A stretch of DNA of 64,000 bases from Dehalococcoidia bacterium (GTDB taxonomy: Bacteria; Chloroflexota; Dehalococcoidia; SM23-28-2; RBG-16-64-32), in assembly GCA_963665775.2 (NCBI GenBank), contig CAXXTF010000001.1, forward strand, positions 672,001 to 736,000, in the 5' to 3' direction. The number at the start of each line of letters is the position of its first letter. Position 1 is the first letter of the stretch. Positions 19,951 to 29,315 of this stretch are shown piece after piece. The translations under genes and the position numbers were made by a program. Below the pieces are notes generated by a model. That model had not been told where the DNA came from, made no database searches, and was given only the letters and a program-made list of their open reading frames with translations.

Positions 19951-22437
19951 TCAATCGGCCAGTTTCCTCACCGCCTCTTCGATACGAGCGGTGGCCTCCT
20001 GGTAGGAAACGTGGGCGGGGAAGGTGAGCGGTTTCCCGAACTTGATGTCTACCACTTCCTGTCGTAGGGGTATAGCGAGCCAGCTGAGGCCTCGCTTCAC
20101 ATAGCTCAACCGCACAGGTACGACAGGCGCATTACACTCGACTGCGACTAGCCCCGTCCCACTCCTAAACTGCTGAATATCGCCGCCTATATCTTGCACA
20201 CCTTCTGGAAAGATGCCGATGCACCAGCCGTCGTCCAGCAGGATTCCCATATGCATGAGGCTGGGTCGGACCACCCTCTCCCTGGATAGAGGGAAGGCGT
20301 TGACAACAATAGACGCGAGCACGTCTATCCATCGCCGGTGTATGGACACCTCGGTCATCTTGGCGTAAGTCAGCCTGCGCCGCCACTTCCCGGGCAGGGC
20401 CTGGAGAATCAAGAGGCTATCCCAGCGGACGTTATGGTTAGCAGCGAAAATGACAGGATCATGGACTGAATCCAGGTTTTGCAATCCTTCCACCCGGGTT
20501 CGAAACTGGGACATAAGCCAGGGGAATACTGCCAGGCGCAAGGTCAGCTCTCTGACTACCCTGCACCACGGCGCCAACGGCCACTGGAAAAAGCGCACTT
20601 GCGGTGACGCTTCTCCCCTTTCAGCCAGGAGCTGCTCCAACTGCGCCACCGTCGTTTGGGGGCCTACCTGGGTCTCGTCCAGATAGATGCCCAGTTCCTC
20701 CTCTATCGCCGACAGCAGCTCAACCCTCCCCAAGGAGTCGATGTTGAGGTCGTCCCCGAGAGTCTTGTCGCGGCTGATCTCTGCCGATGGTAGTGAAGTC
20801 AGCTCGGCCACGATGCGCTGAAGGTCGCTCGCCGTCTCCGTCGCTTCGGGTGGCGGCGGGGTCGCCGGTCTTTTGTCGGCGAGAGCGTCGGTGAGATACT
20901 CCAGCACCAGGTGTTTCTTTACCTTAAGGGTGTGGGCACGCGGGAAGTCCTCCTCTGGCCAAAGCGTAAAGCCCTGAATCCGCTGATGGTTGGCAAGCTG
21001 ACGGTTGGCTTCAGCGATAGCGGTCGCGGCTTTGGCGCCATCCTCCATGAGGAGGACAGCGTGCACCTCCACCGTGCCGCCATCCTTAGGAAGACCCAGC
21101 AGCACTGCATCAGTCACCTCGGGATGCTTCGCTAGAACCCCCTCGATATCCTCGGGGTAAACATTCTGGCCATTGGCCAGGACGATGAGGTCCTTCTTGC
21201 GGCCCTTGAGGTAGAGGTGTCCTTCCTCATCAAAATGGCCAAGGTCGCCGGTTCTGTACCACCCCTCATTGAACGCCGCTGCGGTGGCCTCCGGCGCTCG
21301 CCAGTAGCCCTGAAAGACATTTGGGCCGCGGGTGAGAACCTCGCCATCAGCGGCGATTGTAACCTCCTGGCCGGGCAACACTCGCCCCACTGACCCTGGC
21401 TGCCGCTTTTCCAGGCTGTTGGTGCTGATAATTGGTGCCGTCTCGGTCGTTCCGTATCCCTGCACCACGGGGATGCCCATGTTCTCCCACTGCTGGGCCA
21501 GTTGCGGATCGAGATAGGCGCCACCAGAGCCGATGAACTTGATGCGCCCTCCCAGGCGACGATGCACAGAACGAAACAGCATCCGGCGGACCGCCATCGG
21601 CAAGTGAGGGGCCAGGGAGTGCAAGCGCCGCCACTGCCACAGCTTCCCCTTCCTCTCGACCTCCCGCTCGATAGCGTTCATGAAGAGCCGGAGTGCCTGA
21701 GGAACCAGCAGCAAGGTGGTAATCTGATTCTCAGCCAGCGCCTTGAAGATTACGGCGGGCTGCCGGCTAACGGGATAGATCGAGGCGGCGCCGCCCCGGA
21801 GAGCAGCGAAGAGGCCCCCAGACTGCTCGTAGACGTGGCTTAGTGGCAGCAGCGAAAGCATGCGATACGAGGGCCTAGCAGGTATATAGTGGCTGGCTGC
21901 CTCCACGTTGTTGATGATGTTGCGGTGGGTGAGGATGACCCCCTTGGGATCGCCAGTGGTGCCAGACGTGTACATGATCTCGGCGATCTCCTCCTCACCT
22001 ACCGGCGCTTCCTCGAAGGGAGGTCTTTTACCAGAGACGGTGGTCTCCAGCTCCTCCAGGTATATCCTCGGTACGCTCAGCCCACTCATGTCACGCGGTA
22101 TCGACCGCGATAGGAAGGCGAGCCGTGCCTCCGTTTGGGACGCCACCTGCCTGACGAAATCCGGTCTGCTTCTGACGTCGAGCGGAACGACGATGACGCC
22201 TGCCCGTTGGCACCCAAAGAAGGCCGCGACCCATTCTGGACAATTATGAGCCCACAGGATCACCCTATCGCCTCTCTCCACACCTAACTCGCCTAGCAGG
22301 GTAGCCACCTGACCGGCCACCAGCCAGAGCTTGTCATAGCTCCAGCGCTGAACGCGGAGACCTGGCCTGATCAGCAGCGCCGTCGCCGGTCCGAACCTTT
22401 CGGTGGATGTGCGCAGAAGATCGACTAGGGTCCTCAT
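19951..22437 (-). CDS. acyl-CoA/ACP synthetase + carrier domain + acyltransferase fusion (Aas-like)
   Basis: YTSGTTGDPKG, QGYGTTE, RTGDLG; carrier motif IDSLGRVEL; C-terminal ANHNVRWD and IFPEG. Confidence 0.92.
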   Translation of the reverse strand: MRTLVDLLRTSTERFGPATALLIRPGLRVQRWSYDKLWLVAGQVATLLGELGVERGDRVILWAHNCPEWVAAFFGCQRAGVIVVPLDVRSRPDFVRQVASQTEARLAFLSRSIPRDMSGLSVPRIYLEELETTVSGKRPPFEEAPVGEEEIAEIMYTSGTTGDPKGVILTHRNIINNVEAASHYIPARPSYRMLSLLPLSHVYEQSGGLFAALRGGAASIYPVSRQPAVIFKALAENQITTLLLVPQALRLFMNAIEREVERKGKLWQWRRLHSLAPHLPMAVRRMLFRSVHRRLGGRIKFIGSGGAYLDPQLAQQWENMGIPVVQGYGTTETAPIISTNSLEKRQPGSVGRVLPGQEVTIAADGEVLTRGPNVFQGYWRAPEATAAAFNEGWYRTGDLGHFDEEGHLYLKGRKKDLIVLANGQNVYPEDIEGVLAKHPEVTDAVLLGLPKDGGTVEVHAVLLMEDGAKAATAIAEANRQLANHQRIQGFTLWPEEDFPRAHTLKVKKHLVLEYLTDALADKRPATPPPPEATETASDLQRIVAELTSLPSAEISRDKTLGDDLNIDSLGRVELLSAIEEELGIYLDETQVGPQTTVAQLEQLLAERGEASPQVRFFQWPLAPWCRVVRELTLRLAVFPWLMSQFRTRVEGLQNLDSVHDPVIFAANHNVRWDSLLILQALPGKWRRRLTYAKMTEVSIHRRWIDVLASIVVNAFPLSRERVVRPSLMHMGILLDDGWCIGIFPEGVQDIGGDIQQFRSGTGLVAVECNAPVVPVRLSYVKRGLSWLAIPLRQEVVDIKFGKPLTFPAHVSYQEATARIEEAVRKLAD

Positions 22438-22459
22438 TCGCTTCCGCCTCCTCCTTGTT

Positions 22460-23665
22460 CTAGCGCGGACCGGCCACCCCAGCCAGAAAATCCCGGAGGG
22501 CCGACTCGTAGGCATCGGGGTTCGTGTTCCAGGAGCGTACGTGGTCCGCGCCTTCAACAGGCACGTAGGTCACGATATCGGGCCTAGCTTGTGCGAGCGC
22601 GTCGCTCGTCTTTATGGGCACTGTCTCATCTGCCTCGCCATGGAACAGAAGAATAGGGACGGCCAGTTCGTCAGCGCGCTTCAGATAGTTCAGCTCGCCC
22701 CAGTCGATGTCGAACCTAAGGCCCGCGATCCGTTTGGCTACTGTCGTCAGGAAGCCGGGCACGTTTCTCTGGGCCGCTGCCAGATCGATAGTCGCACTGA
22801 AATCGAGCAGCGGTGCATCGAGGATGACGGCGGCCACCCGCTCCGCCAAGGGCGACTCGTATAGGAAGTTCACGACTATCGCCCCGCCCATACTGTAGCC
22901 GACCAGGATCAGCTCATCCGCGCCACGTTGAATCGCGTAGTCCGCTGCAGCCTCAAGCTCCTCCCATTCGGTCTGCCCGTACCGGTAGTAGCCGTCCGGG
23001 CCCGGTGGCGCCTCCAGGTCGTTCCGGTAGGTGATGATCAGAGAGGGGAATCCCATTCCGATAACGGTGGGCAGCATTCGTAGCGCCTCCCGCCGATCGG
23101 CGCCCTTGCCGTGCACAAAGATGACCCAGGTGTCGCCGGGGCCGTCCACAAACCAGGCGGGGAACTCCCCCAGCTGGGAGGCGAGGGTCACCTTCTCGAA
23201 GCCAATCCCGAACGCCTGCAGCGGATCGCCAGGATAGGCGAAGCTGTCCAAGCGCACCAGATCCCCGACCTCCGGGGTTCCCTGGAGGGGAAAGAACTCA
23301 CGCACCACTTGTTCGTCGTCCGCTTCCAGAATCGCGCCGACCTGGTCATAGCCGTTCGCCCCCTCCAATCCAAAGATGCCGTCCTCTCTCCAATCTCCAT
23401 CGGTGTCCGTCTCCGACGTCACACCTAGCGTCACCGCGCTCTCGGTCAGAGCGACTACCCGCAGGTCGAGCTTCTCGGGATCATAATCCGGGACCAGGGC
23501 TCCGTCCTTCAGAATGTCGGAGTAGTACCAGCCGCCCCCGATAAGAGCGGCGGTTCCCAGCACCGCGATGGCAAGCAGTAAGAGAAGCGCGGTCCTCCAT
23601 CGCCTGAGCCGCCGCCTGAGCCGCGGCCACCCCCTCCTCGCCGCCGTGTTCGCGCTGGTGGTCAT
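22460..23665 (-). CDS. membrane-anchored alpha/beta hydrolase
   Basis: N-terminal TM, FVHG, GYSMG, HGEADETVP, GADH. Confidence 0.88.
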   Translation of the reverse strand: MTTSANTAARRGWPRLRRRLRRWRTALLLLLAIAVLGTAALIGGGWYYSDILKDGALVPDYDPEKLDLRVVALTESAVTLGVTSETDTDGDWREDGIFGLEGANGYDQVGAILEADDEQVVREFFPLQGTPEVGDLVRLDSFAYPGDPLQAFGIGFEKVTLASQLGEFPAWFVDGPGDTWVIFVHGKGADRREALRMLPTVIGMGFPSLIITYRNDLEAPPGPDGYYRYGQTEWEELEAAADYAIQRGADELILVGYSMGGAIVVNFLYESPLAERVAAVILDAPLLDFSATIDLAAAQRNVPGFLTTVAKRIAGLRFDIDWGELNYLKRADELAVPILLFHGEADETVPIKTSDALAQARPDIVTYVPVEGADHVRSWNTNPDAYESALRDFLAGVAGPR

Positions 23666-23858
23666 GTTCTTCGCTCCCGTCCCCACTGGTCCCTAGGATG
23701 CCCCTGCTCGCCCTCAATGCTGATTCAATCAGGTCAGCGCGTCAATCTGCCAGACGCGGCCAAGTCTGCGATCACATGGGACATGGTCGCGATATTCTGG
23801 CGCCGCAGCATGTTTGAGCGCGCTGGTCGCTCTCATCGCCTTCAAAGTATCTGTACGA

Positions 23859-24530
23859 TTAGGCAGCTCTGGCCTCCTCCCCAGTAGGAGGGCTGGCCGC
23901 CAGGGCCTGTACCCGCGACCGCAAGTCGCTGGCTACGGCGATGGGGTGCGATCGCGGCGGGTAGGCGGCCGCCTCTCCAATGCGCACCGTCACCGGGGCC
24001 CGCCGGGGCCACCACCTTCCCTTGGGCATGACGCTGTGGGCGCCCTCCAGGTGGATGGGCACGACTGGCACGCCGAGGCTAGTCGCCAGCAGGCCGACGC
24101 CTCCCTTGAAGCGCTGGATGGTGCCGTCCAGAGAGCGCGTGCCCTCCGGGTAGATGAGCAGCGACCAGCCGCTCTGGATAAGGTCGGCGCAGCGGCCTAG
24201 GCTGCGGTGGGCGTTGCCGCTTCGCTGGAGAGGAAAGGCGTTGACAAGAAGGGACGCCGCCGCCGCTACCGTGACCCGGCCGCGGATCTCGGGGGGGAGC
24301 GCTCTCAGGACCAGGAGAGTATCGAAGTGGCTACTGTGGTTGGCCGCCAGGAGGACCGGCCCCGGCACGGCTGCTAGATGCTCGATCCCCTCCACCAGCA
24401 GCGGCCGACACAACAAACGCAGTACAGGGAACAGGATTAACCGCTGGAGCCAGTCACGCAGCCGGCTGGCCCACCGGCCCTGCCACCAGCGCTGCGAGCT
24501 AGGTCGGAAATCCATCGTCGCCATCGCCAT
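23859..24530 (-). CDS. PlsC-family lysophospholipid acyltransferase
   Basis: ANHSSHFD, YPEGTRS, VPVVP; start set at MAMATMDF. Confidence 0.88.
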   Translation of the reverse strand: MAMATMDFRPSSQRWWQGRWASRLRDWLQRLILFPVLRLLCRPLLVEGIEHLAAVPGPVLLAANHSSHFDTLLVLRALPPEIRGRVTVAAAASLLVNAFPLQRSGNAHRSLGRCADLIQSGWSLLIYPEGTRSLDGTIQRFKGGVGLLATSLGVPVVPIHLEGAHSVMPKGRWWPRRAPVTVRIGEAAAYPPRSHPIAVASDLRSRVQALAASPPTGEEARAA

Positions 24531-24538
24531 CACACCCC

Positions 24539-25450
24539 CTATCTGACCGCCAAAATGAAGTAGTAGGTGACCGGCAGCACGAACAGCAGGCTGTCGACGC
24601 GGTCCAGGAGCCCGCCGAAGCCCGGCAGCCAGTTGCCGGCGTCTTTGACGGCGAACGACCGCTTGAGGAGCGACTCGAACAGGTCCCCGGCCACGTCGGC
24701 CACGGCAACCGTCGCCGGCAGCACGGCCTGCGCCCAGAGCGGGATGTCTGGCAGGGCGAAGTGCATGATTGCGAAGGCCGCGTAGGCTCCCAGGAAGTTG
24801 CCGCCAACGCCGGCCCACGTCTTGTTGGGGCTCAGCCTGGGTGCTAGTGGGCGGCGGCCGAACAGTTTGCCGCAGGTGAAAGCGGCCACGTCGCTCATGG
24901 CCACCGCCAGGCCCAGGGCCAACAGCAGCCCGCTGCCGCCCTCGATGCCATCGACAATGAGGACAGCGTGGGCCAGCAGCAGCGGGATGTACACCAGGCC
25001 CAGGAAGGCCACAGCCAGGCTGCGGAAGCCGTCGCCCGTGGCCTCCCTGAGGGCTGCTACGGCCATGGCCAGCAGGCTCGCCACCAGCACCGTTAACAGG
25101 GCGTTTGGTGTCGCCAGCGCCACCGCCACCATCGCCACGCCCGAAGCCAGCAGGATGATCCGTTGCCAGCCTGCCACCTTGGTAATGCGGGCGTATTCGA
25201 ACAGAGCGACTAGGGCTGCTGTGGCTATTAGGGCCGCGGTGCTCAGCGGGCCGGCCAGCACCGCCAGCACGAAGATCGGGGCGATAGCCAGCCAGCTCCG
25301 CCAGCGCTGGAACAGCACGCTCTTGGTGATGCGACCAATGCTTCCCCGCTGGGCGGCCAGGATCCCGCCCAGGCCGACCGCCAGCAGGCCGCCGAAGACG
25401 TAGGCCGTGGGCAGGAACAGGGAATTAGCTACCGGGTTGAAGATCGGCAT
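24539..25450 (-). CDS. phosphatidate cytidylyltransferase (CdsA/YnbB-like)
   Basis: SDVAAF, SPNKTWAG, GDLFESLLKR, KDAGNWLPGFGGLLDRVDS. Confidence 0.93.
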   Translation of the reverse strand: MPIFNPVANSLFLPTAYVFGGLLAVGLGGILAAQRGSIGRITKSVLFQRWRSWLAIAPIFVLAVLAGPLSTAALIATAALVALFEYARITKVAGWQRIILLASGVAMVAVALATPNALLTVLVASLLAMAVAALREATGDGFRSLAVAFLGLVYIPLLLAHAVLIVDGIEGGSGLLLALGLAVAMSDVAAFTCGKLFGRRPLAPRLSPNKTWAGVGGNFLGAYAAFAIMHFALPDIPLWAQAVLPATVAVADVAGDLFESLLKRSFAVKDAGNWLPGFGGLLDRVDSLLFVLPVTYYFILAVR

Positions 25451-26042
25451 GTGTCTTTATTCCCCTCTGCACTATGGTCAGGGCCGACCCCACCAGTACG
25501 ATGGCGAAGAAGGCGTCGAGGACGATTTCCGCATTCAGGAAGAAAGCTAGCGGCGCCGCCAGCGACAACAGGATCATGCGATCAGCCTTGCCCAGGACGC
25601 CGCCATACTGGTGCGGGGCACCGGCGGCCTTGGAGAGGGTGCCCAAGTAGCTGCCAAGGAGCACCGCCACGATGGCGGCGACGGCCAGGTAGCCGCTGGC
25701 CAGCCCAGAGAGGGCCAGCCCGCCCAAAAGGGCCACGTCCGCCAGGCGATCCGAGAACTCGTTGAGGACCTCGCCCCAGGGCCGCGCCTTGCCGGTGCGC
25801 TTGGCCACCAGCCCGTCCAGGGCGTTGAGGGCCGTCCGCAGCAGAGCCACCGCCGGCGCCGCCAGCAGCAGCCAAGGGTATCGTCCGGCCAGGACGAAAG
25901 CCGCACCCCTGGCCACCGAAATGGACAGGGCGGAGAAGGTGATGACGTCCGGGTGAACGCCCCGCGCTACCAGGGCATCCTCCGCCAGGCGGAGCGACCT
26001 CTGAAAGGCGGGCTTGACGCTATACACTGCCATGGCATTCAC
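25425..26042 (-). CDS. CDP-alcohol phosphatidyltransferase (YnbA-like)
   Basis: YSVKPAFQ, NALDGLVA...GEVLNEFSDRLAD, GKADR. Confidence 0.92.
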   Translation of the reverse strand: MNAMAVYSVKPAFQRSLRLAEDALVARGVHPDVITFSALSISVARGAAFVLAGRYPWLLLAAPAVALLRTALNALDGLVAKRTGKARPWGEVLNEFSDRLADVALLGGLALSGLASGYLAVAAIVAVLLGSYLGTLSKAAGAPHQYGGVLGKADRMILLSLAAPLAFFLNAEIVLDAFFAIVLVGSALTIVQRGIKTHADLQPGS

Positions 26043-26123
26043 CTCCTATCGCCTCATTTGATCCAGCTGACCGCCAGGCCGCGCCCGCAAGAGCCACGAT
26101 GACACGGATGGCCAACAGCAAAC

Positions 26124-26258
26124 CTAATGGAACAGCGCGGAAACAAGAAGCAGCACGATGATCCCGAGGTACAGGAGGAGCACGAGGAGCCCGCCGAGCC
26201 CGATGACGCGTACAGCGAGCAGCAGACCTAGCCCGACGTATCTTAGAACAGCGCTCAT
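26124..26258 (-). CDS. small hydrophobic membrane peptide
   Basis: GGAGGTGGAG RBS then a 44-aa hydrophobic ORF, co-oriented with the lipid cluster. Confidence 0.5.
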   Translation of the reverse strand: MSAVLRYVGLGLLLAVRVIGLGGLLVLLLYLGIIVLLLVSALFH

Positions 26259-26353
26259 TTCTCCACCTCCGTACTTGCTTTGTCCTTCACCTCCGATGCT
26301 AGCGGTCCGGGCGACCGCTAGCATCGAAGGCGATGACCACAAAGGAGGGCGCT

Positions 26354-26887
26354 ATGTATTTCATATTCGGGCTGCCGTATCTGTTATGGGATGCGTGGAA
26401 ATGGTGCCGCGCACGCCCGTACGCCTGGCCGTTCCTCTGGATCCTGCTAATACCGATCGCGACAGTGCCATGGACAGAGCACCTGCTAAGCGGCCTCGTG
26501 GATCATGGCAGCTGCGTTCTTGTGCAGGAGTGTTCCGTGTTTGAAAAATCTTGGGAGTGCCCGGTGCAGAACGTCCTGCCTACCCTCTTGCCGGGGCTGC
26601 TCAATCTCGTGCCATTCCTGTGGCTGTCGTCGCGGCAGCGGGGGGTCCGCTACGCGGCGCTGGTAGCCGGCACTCTGGGGGCTGTCCGGGTGGCAGTCCT
26701 AGCTCTGATCTACGTGGCAGAGGGCTCCAGCGTTGCTATGACAAGCGACTACAACGTCTCGACTGGCTTTGAGATCGCTACCGACAGCTCTACCCATGCC
26801 GCGAGCCGGATTCTCTGGGTCGTATCGTTAGGAGCGGCTATCGTGTTTCCCTGGCTGGTCAAGACTGACCCGCCACGAAAGGAATAG
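26354..26887 (+). CDS. hypothetical membrane protein
   Basis: AAAGGAGG RBS; about four hydrophobic segments. Confidence 0.7.
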   Translation: MYFIFGLPYLLWDAWKWCRARPYAWPFLWILLIPIATVPWTEHLLSGLVDHGSCVLVQECSVFEKSWECPVQNVLPTLLPGLLNLVPFLWLSSRQRGVRYAALVAGTLGAVRVAVLALIYVAEGSSVAMTSDYNVSTGFEIATDSSTHAASRILWVVSLGAAIVFPWLVKTDPPRKE

Positions 26888-26899
26888 AAGGAGGAGAGC

Positions 26900-27787
26900 A
26901 TGACAAGCAACGAGCGAATATCGGAAGCGCCTAGCCTGAGCCCGGCGCGCCACGCCGCCCGGGCGGCAACCTCTACCTGGAGGCTGGCTATGAGGCTGGC
27001 CTTCAAGCCACAATATCTTCTTAACCTTCCCAGCAACTATGCCTGGATGGTGACCCGCCGCAAGTATGACGCCTTCACAACTGATCGGGCCTATGAGGAT
27101 CGTCCGTCTAGTTGGCTGGGACCGCTGGGCCGGTGGGCTGATCGTCGCGTCCTCAATTTCCCCCTCCACGTGGCCCTGCGGGAACGCCTGCGCTTCGTCA
27201 CCGAGTCGCTAGTCGAAGAGATCGCGCGGCATGCAGAGCGCGACAAGGGGCAGGTGCGGGTGCTCTCGGCCCCCTGCGGCCTCTGTCGCGACCTCATCCA
27301 GGCAGCGGAGGAGCTGCGGCGGCGTGACGCCTCCTCGCTGGAGAGGGTGGAGTTCCACGCTCTGGACATCGACTTCCAAGGCGACGTGATACCTGAGGCC
27401 CGGCGTCGCTTGGAGACCGCGGCAGTACGTGGGACCTTTTACCGGGAGGATATCTTCGACCCGGCGGGGCTCACAGCGCGGGCCGAGGCTGACATCAAGT
27501 TCCACGTAGTCAATTGCATCGGCCTGACGGCCTGGCTGACCCTGGAGGAGTTGGAGCGGCTGGTGCGTTTCTTCCGTCAGGTAGTGATGGAGCCGGGGTC
27601 GGTACTGCTCATCGACAATTTCGCCTCTCACCAGCACTCGGCGATGGGGGAAGAGCTGGAGATCTACACTTATTACCACCCGCCGGAGGCGTTCAGGCAG
27701 ATCCTAGAGGGAGCCGGCTTGCGGGTGGTACAGGAAAAAGTCACGGCCAACGGGGTCAACACCGTCTCCATCGCCGAAGCGGTATGA
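26900..27787 (+). CDS. SAM-dependent methyltransferase-like protein (resembles YnbC C-terminal domain)
   Basis: DRAYEDRPSSWLGPLGRWADRRVL, RVLSAPCGLCRD, HALDID. Confidence 0.7.
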   Translation: MTSNERISEAPSLSPARHAARAATSTWRLAMRLAFKPQYLLNLPSNYAWMVTRRKYDAFTTDRAYEDRPSSWLGPLGRWADRRVLNFPLHVALRERLRFVTESLVEEIARHAERDKGQVRVLSAPCGLCRDLIQAAEELRRRDASSLERVEFHALDIDFQGDVIPEARRRLETAAVRGTFYREDIFDPAGLTARAEADIKFHVVNCIGLTAWLTLEELERLVRFFRQVVMEPGSVLLIDNFASHQHSAMGEELEIYTYYHPPEAFRQILEGAGLRVVQEKVTANGVNTVSIAEAV

Positions 27788-27863
27788 ACGAGGTCTGTTT
27801 GCCTGATGAAGGAAGGGCGATTGACGCCGTACACGTCGACTGCTAAAGTGCTAGCGCTCAACC

Positions 27864-29162
27864 ATGGAAGCTGCCCGCCGTCGGATATCGATAAGGCCTA
27901 AGTTGCGGCGCAAGGCGCGGCCAAGGCCTAAGGCCGGAGGCGAAGGGCTTACCGGTGTGCTGCCCTTTCTCTTCGCCGTGCGTTTTGGCGCCTGGGCTAT
28001 CGCCCTGGTCATCGTCGCCTTCGCCAATCGGATTGAGGAGAACACCCGCCACGAGCCGCTCCTGCTGGGTCTGACCTTCGCCCAGGTCCTGGCTTCCACC
28101 CTCTACGTGCCGCTCCTCCAGCCGCGCCTCCGCAAGGCTATCGGTGCCCGCCTAGGGCATCGCGACGACTTAATCGCCCTGGGCCTCGTCGATTTCGGTC
28201 TAGTGCTGGCCGTCCTCTACTTCAGCGGCGGCTGGGGCTCTCCCTACTACCACTGCGCCGTTACCTCGTTGCTCGTCCCTGCCTTCCTGATGGGCTGGCG
28301 CCGCTCCGGTCTTCTCCTCCTTGCCTACATCGGGGCTTACATGGGCATCATCTCCATCGCCGGCGAGGGCACCGACGGCCCCTGGCTCCAGGAAGATGTT
28401 AGCCGGCTGGCCGGCGTCCTTATGACGCCCCTCCTGGCGGTGCTCCTCGTCCAGTACCTCTCGCAGCTGACTCGTCGCTTGAGTGAACAGCGGGAGCGGG
28501 CCCGGCAGGCCTTGGCGGAGAACGTCCGTCTTCAGAAGGAACGAGAGGAGCTGGCCGCCCAGGAGGAGCGCAGCCACATCGCCCGCGAGATCCATGATGG
28601 CATCGCCCAGTCTATTTACATGCTGACGCTGAATCTGGAGAAGGAGGCCGACGTAGCGGCCGACGATCGTAGGCTCGGAGAGCGCCTGGGCAGGCTGGTC
28701 GGGCTGGCGAAGGAGACCCTGCTTGAGGTGCGCCATTACATCTTCGACCTGAAGCCGCTCCTTTCGGGAGAGGCCGGCCTCTCTGCCACGATTCGGAGTC
28801 AGATTCGGGAGTTCAGCACCGTGTCAGGCCTGAAGGTAGGGATAGAAGTGGCGGGAGAAGAGCGGCAGGTGCCGCTGGCCGTTGGCAGCTCCCTCTATCG
28901 GATAGCCCAGGAAGCGCTGGCCAACGTCTACCGCCACGCCGACGCCTCCGAGGTAAACGTCTTCCTCGCGTTTTTCGATAGCTCGGTCTCGCTGGAGGTC
29001 AGGGATAATGGCTGTGGTTTCAGTGTTGATGCGGATTCCAGGGCAGGCCGAGGGCTAAGCAATATCCGCCAGCGAGCAGTTCAGCTTGGAGGAGATGTGG
29101 AGATCAATAGCGACCCTGGCCGAGGCGCATCGGTGCGGGTAACGCTGCCAATCGCCGAGTAG
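27864..29162 (+). CDS. NarX/UhpB-type membrane sensor histidine kinase
   Basis: ERSHIAREIHDGIAQ, RIAQEALANVYRHA, DNGCGF, GRGLSNI. Confidence 0.93.
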   Translation: MEAARRRISIRPKLRRKARPRPKAGGEGLTGVLPFLFAVRFGAWAIALVIVAFANRIEENTRHEPLLLGLTFAQVLASTLYVPLLQPRLRKAIGARLGHRDDLIALGLVDFGLVLAVLYFSGGWGSPYYHCAVTSLLVPAFLMGWRRSGLLLLAYIGAYMGIISIAGEGTDGPWLQEDVSRLAGVLMTPLLAVLLVQYLSQLTRRLSEQRERARQALAENVRLQKEREELAAQEERSHIAREIHDGIAQSIYMLTLNLEKEADVAADDRRLGERLGRLVGLAKETLLEVRHYIFDLKPLLSGEAGLSATIRSQIREFSTVSGLKVGIEVAGEERQVPLAVGSSLYRIAQEALANVYRHADASEVNVFLAFFDSSVSLEVRDNGCGFSVDADSRAGRGLSNIRQRAVQLGGDVEINSDPGRGASVRVTLPIAE

Positions 29163-29315
29163 GAGATCGACATGAGCGAACACCCGAAGACGCTACGTGT
29201 CCTCATCGTGGACGATCACGCGATCGTGCGGGCTGGCCTGCGAACGGTCTTGGAGGATGAACCAGGGCTCGAGATCGTGGGCGAGGCTGCCAACGCCGGT
29301 GAGTCGCTTACTAAG

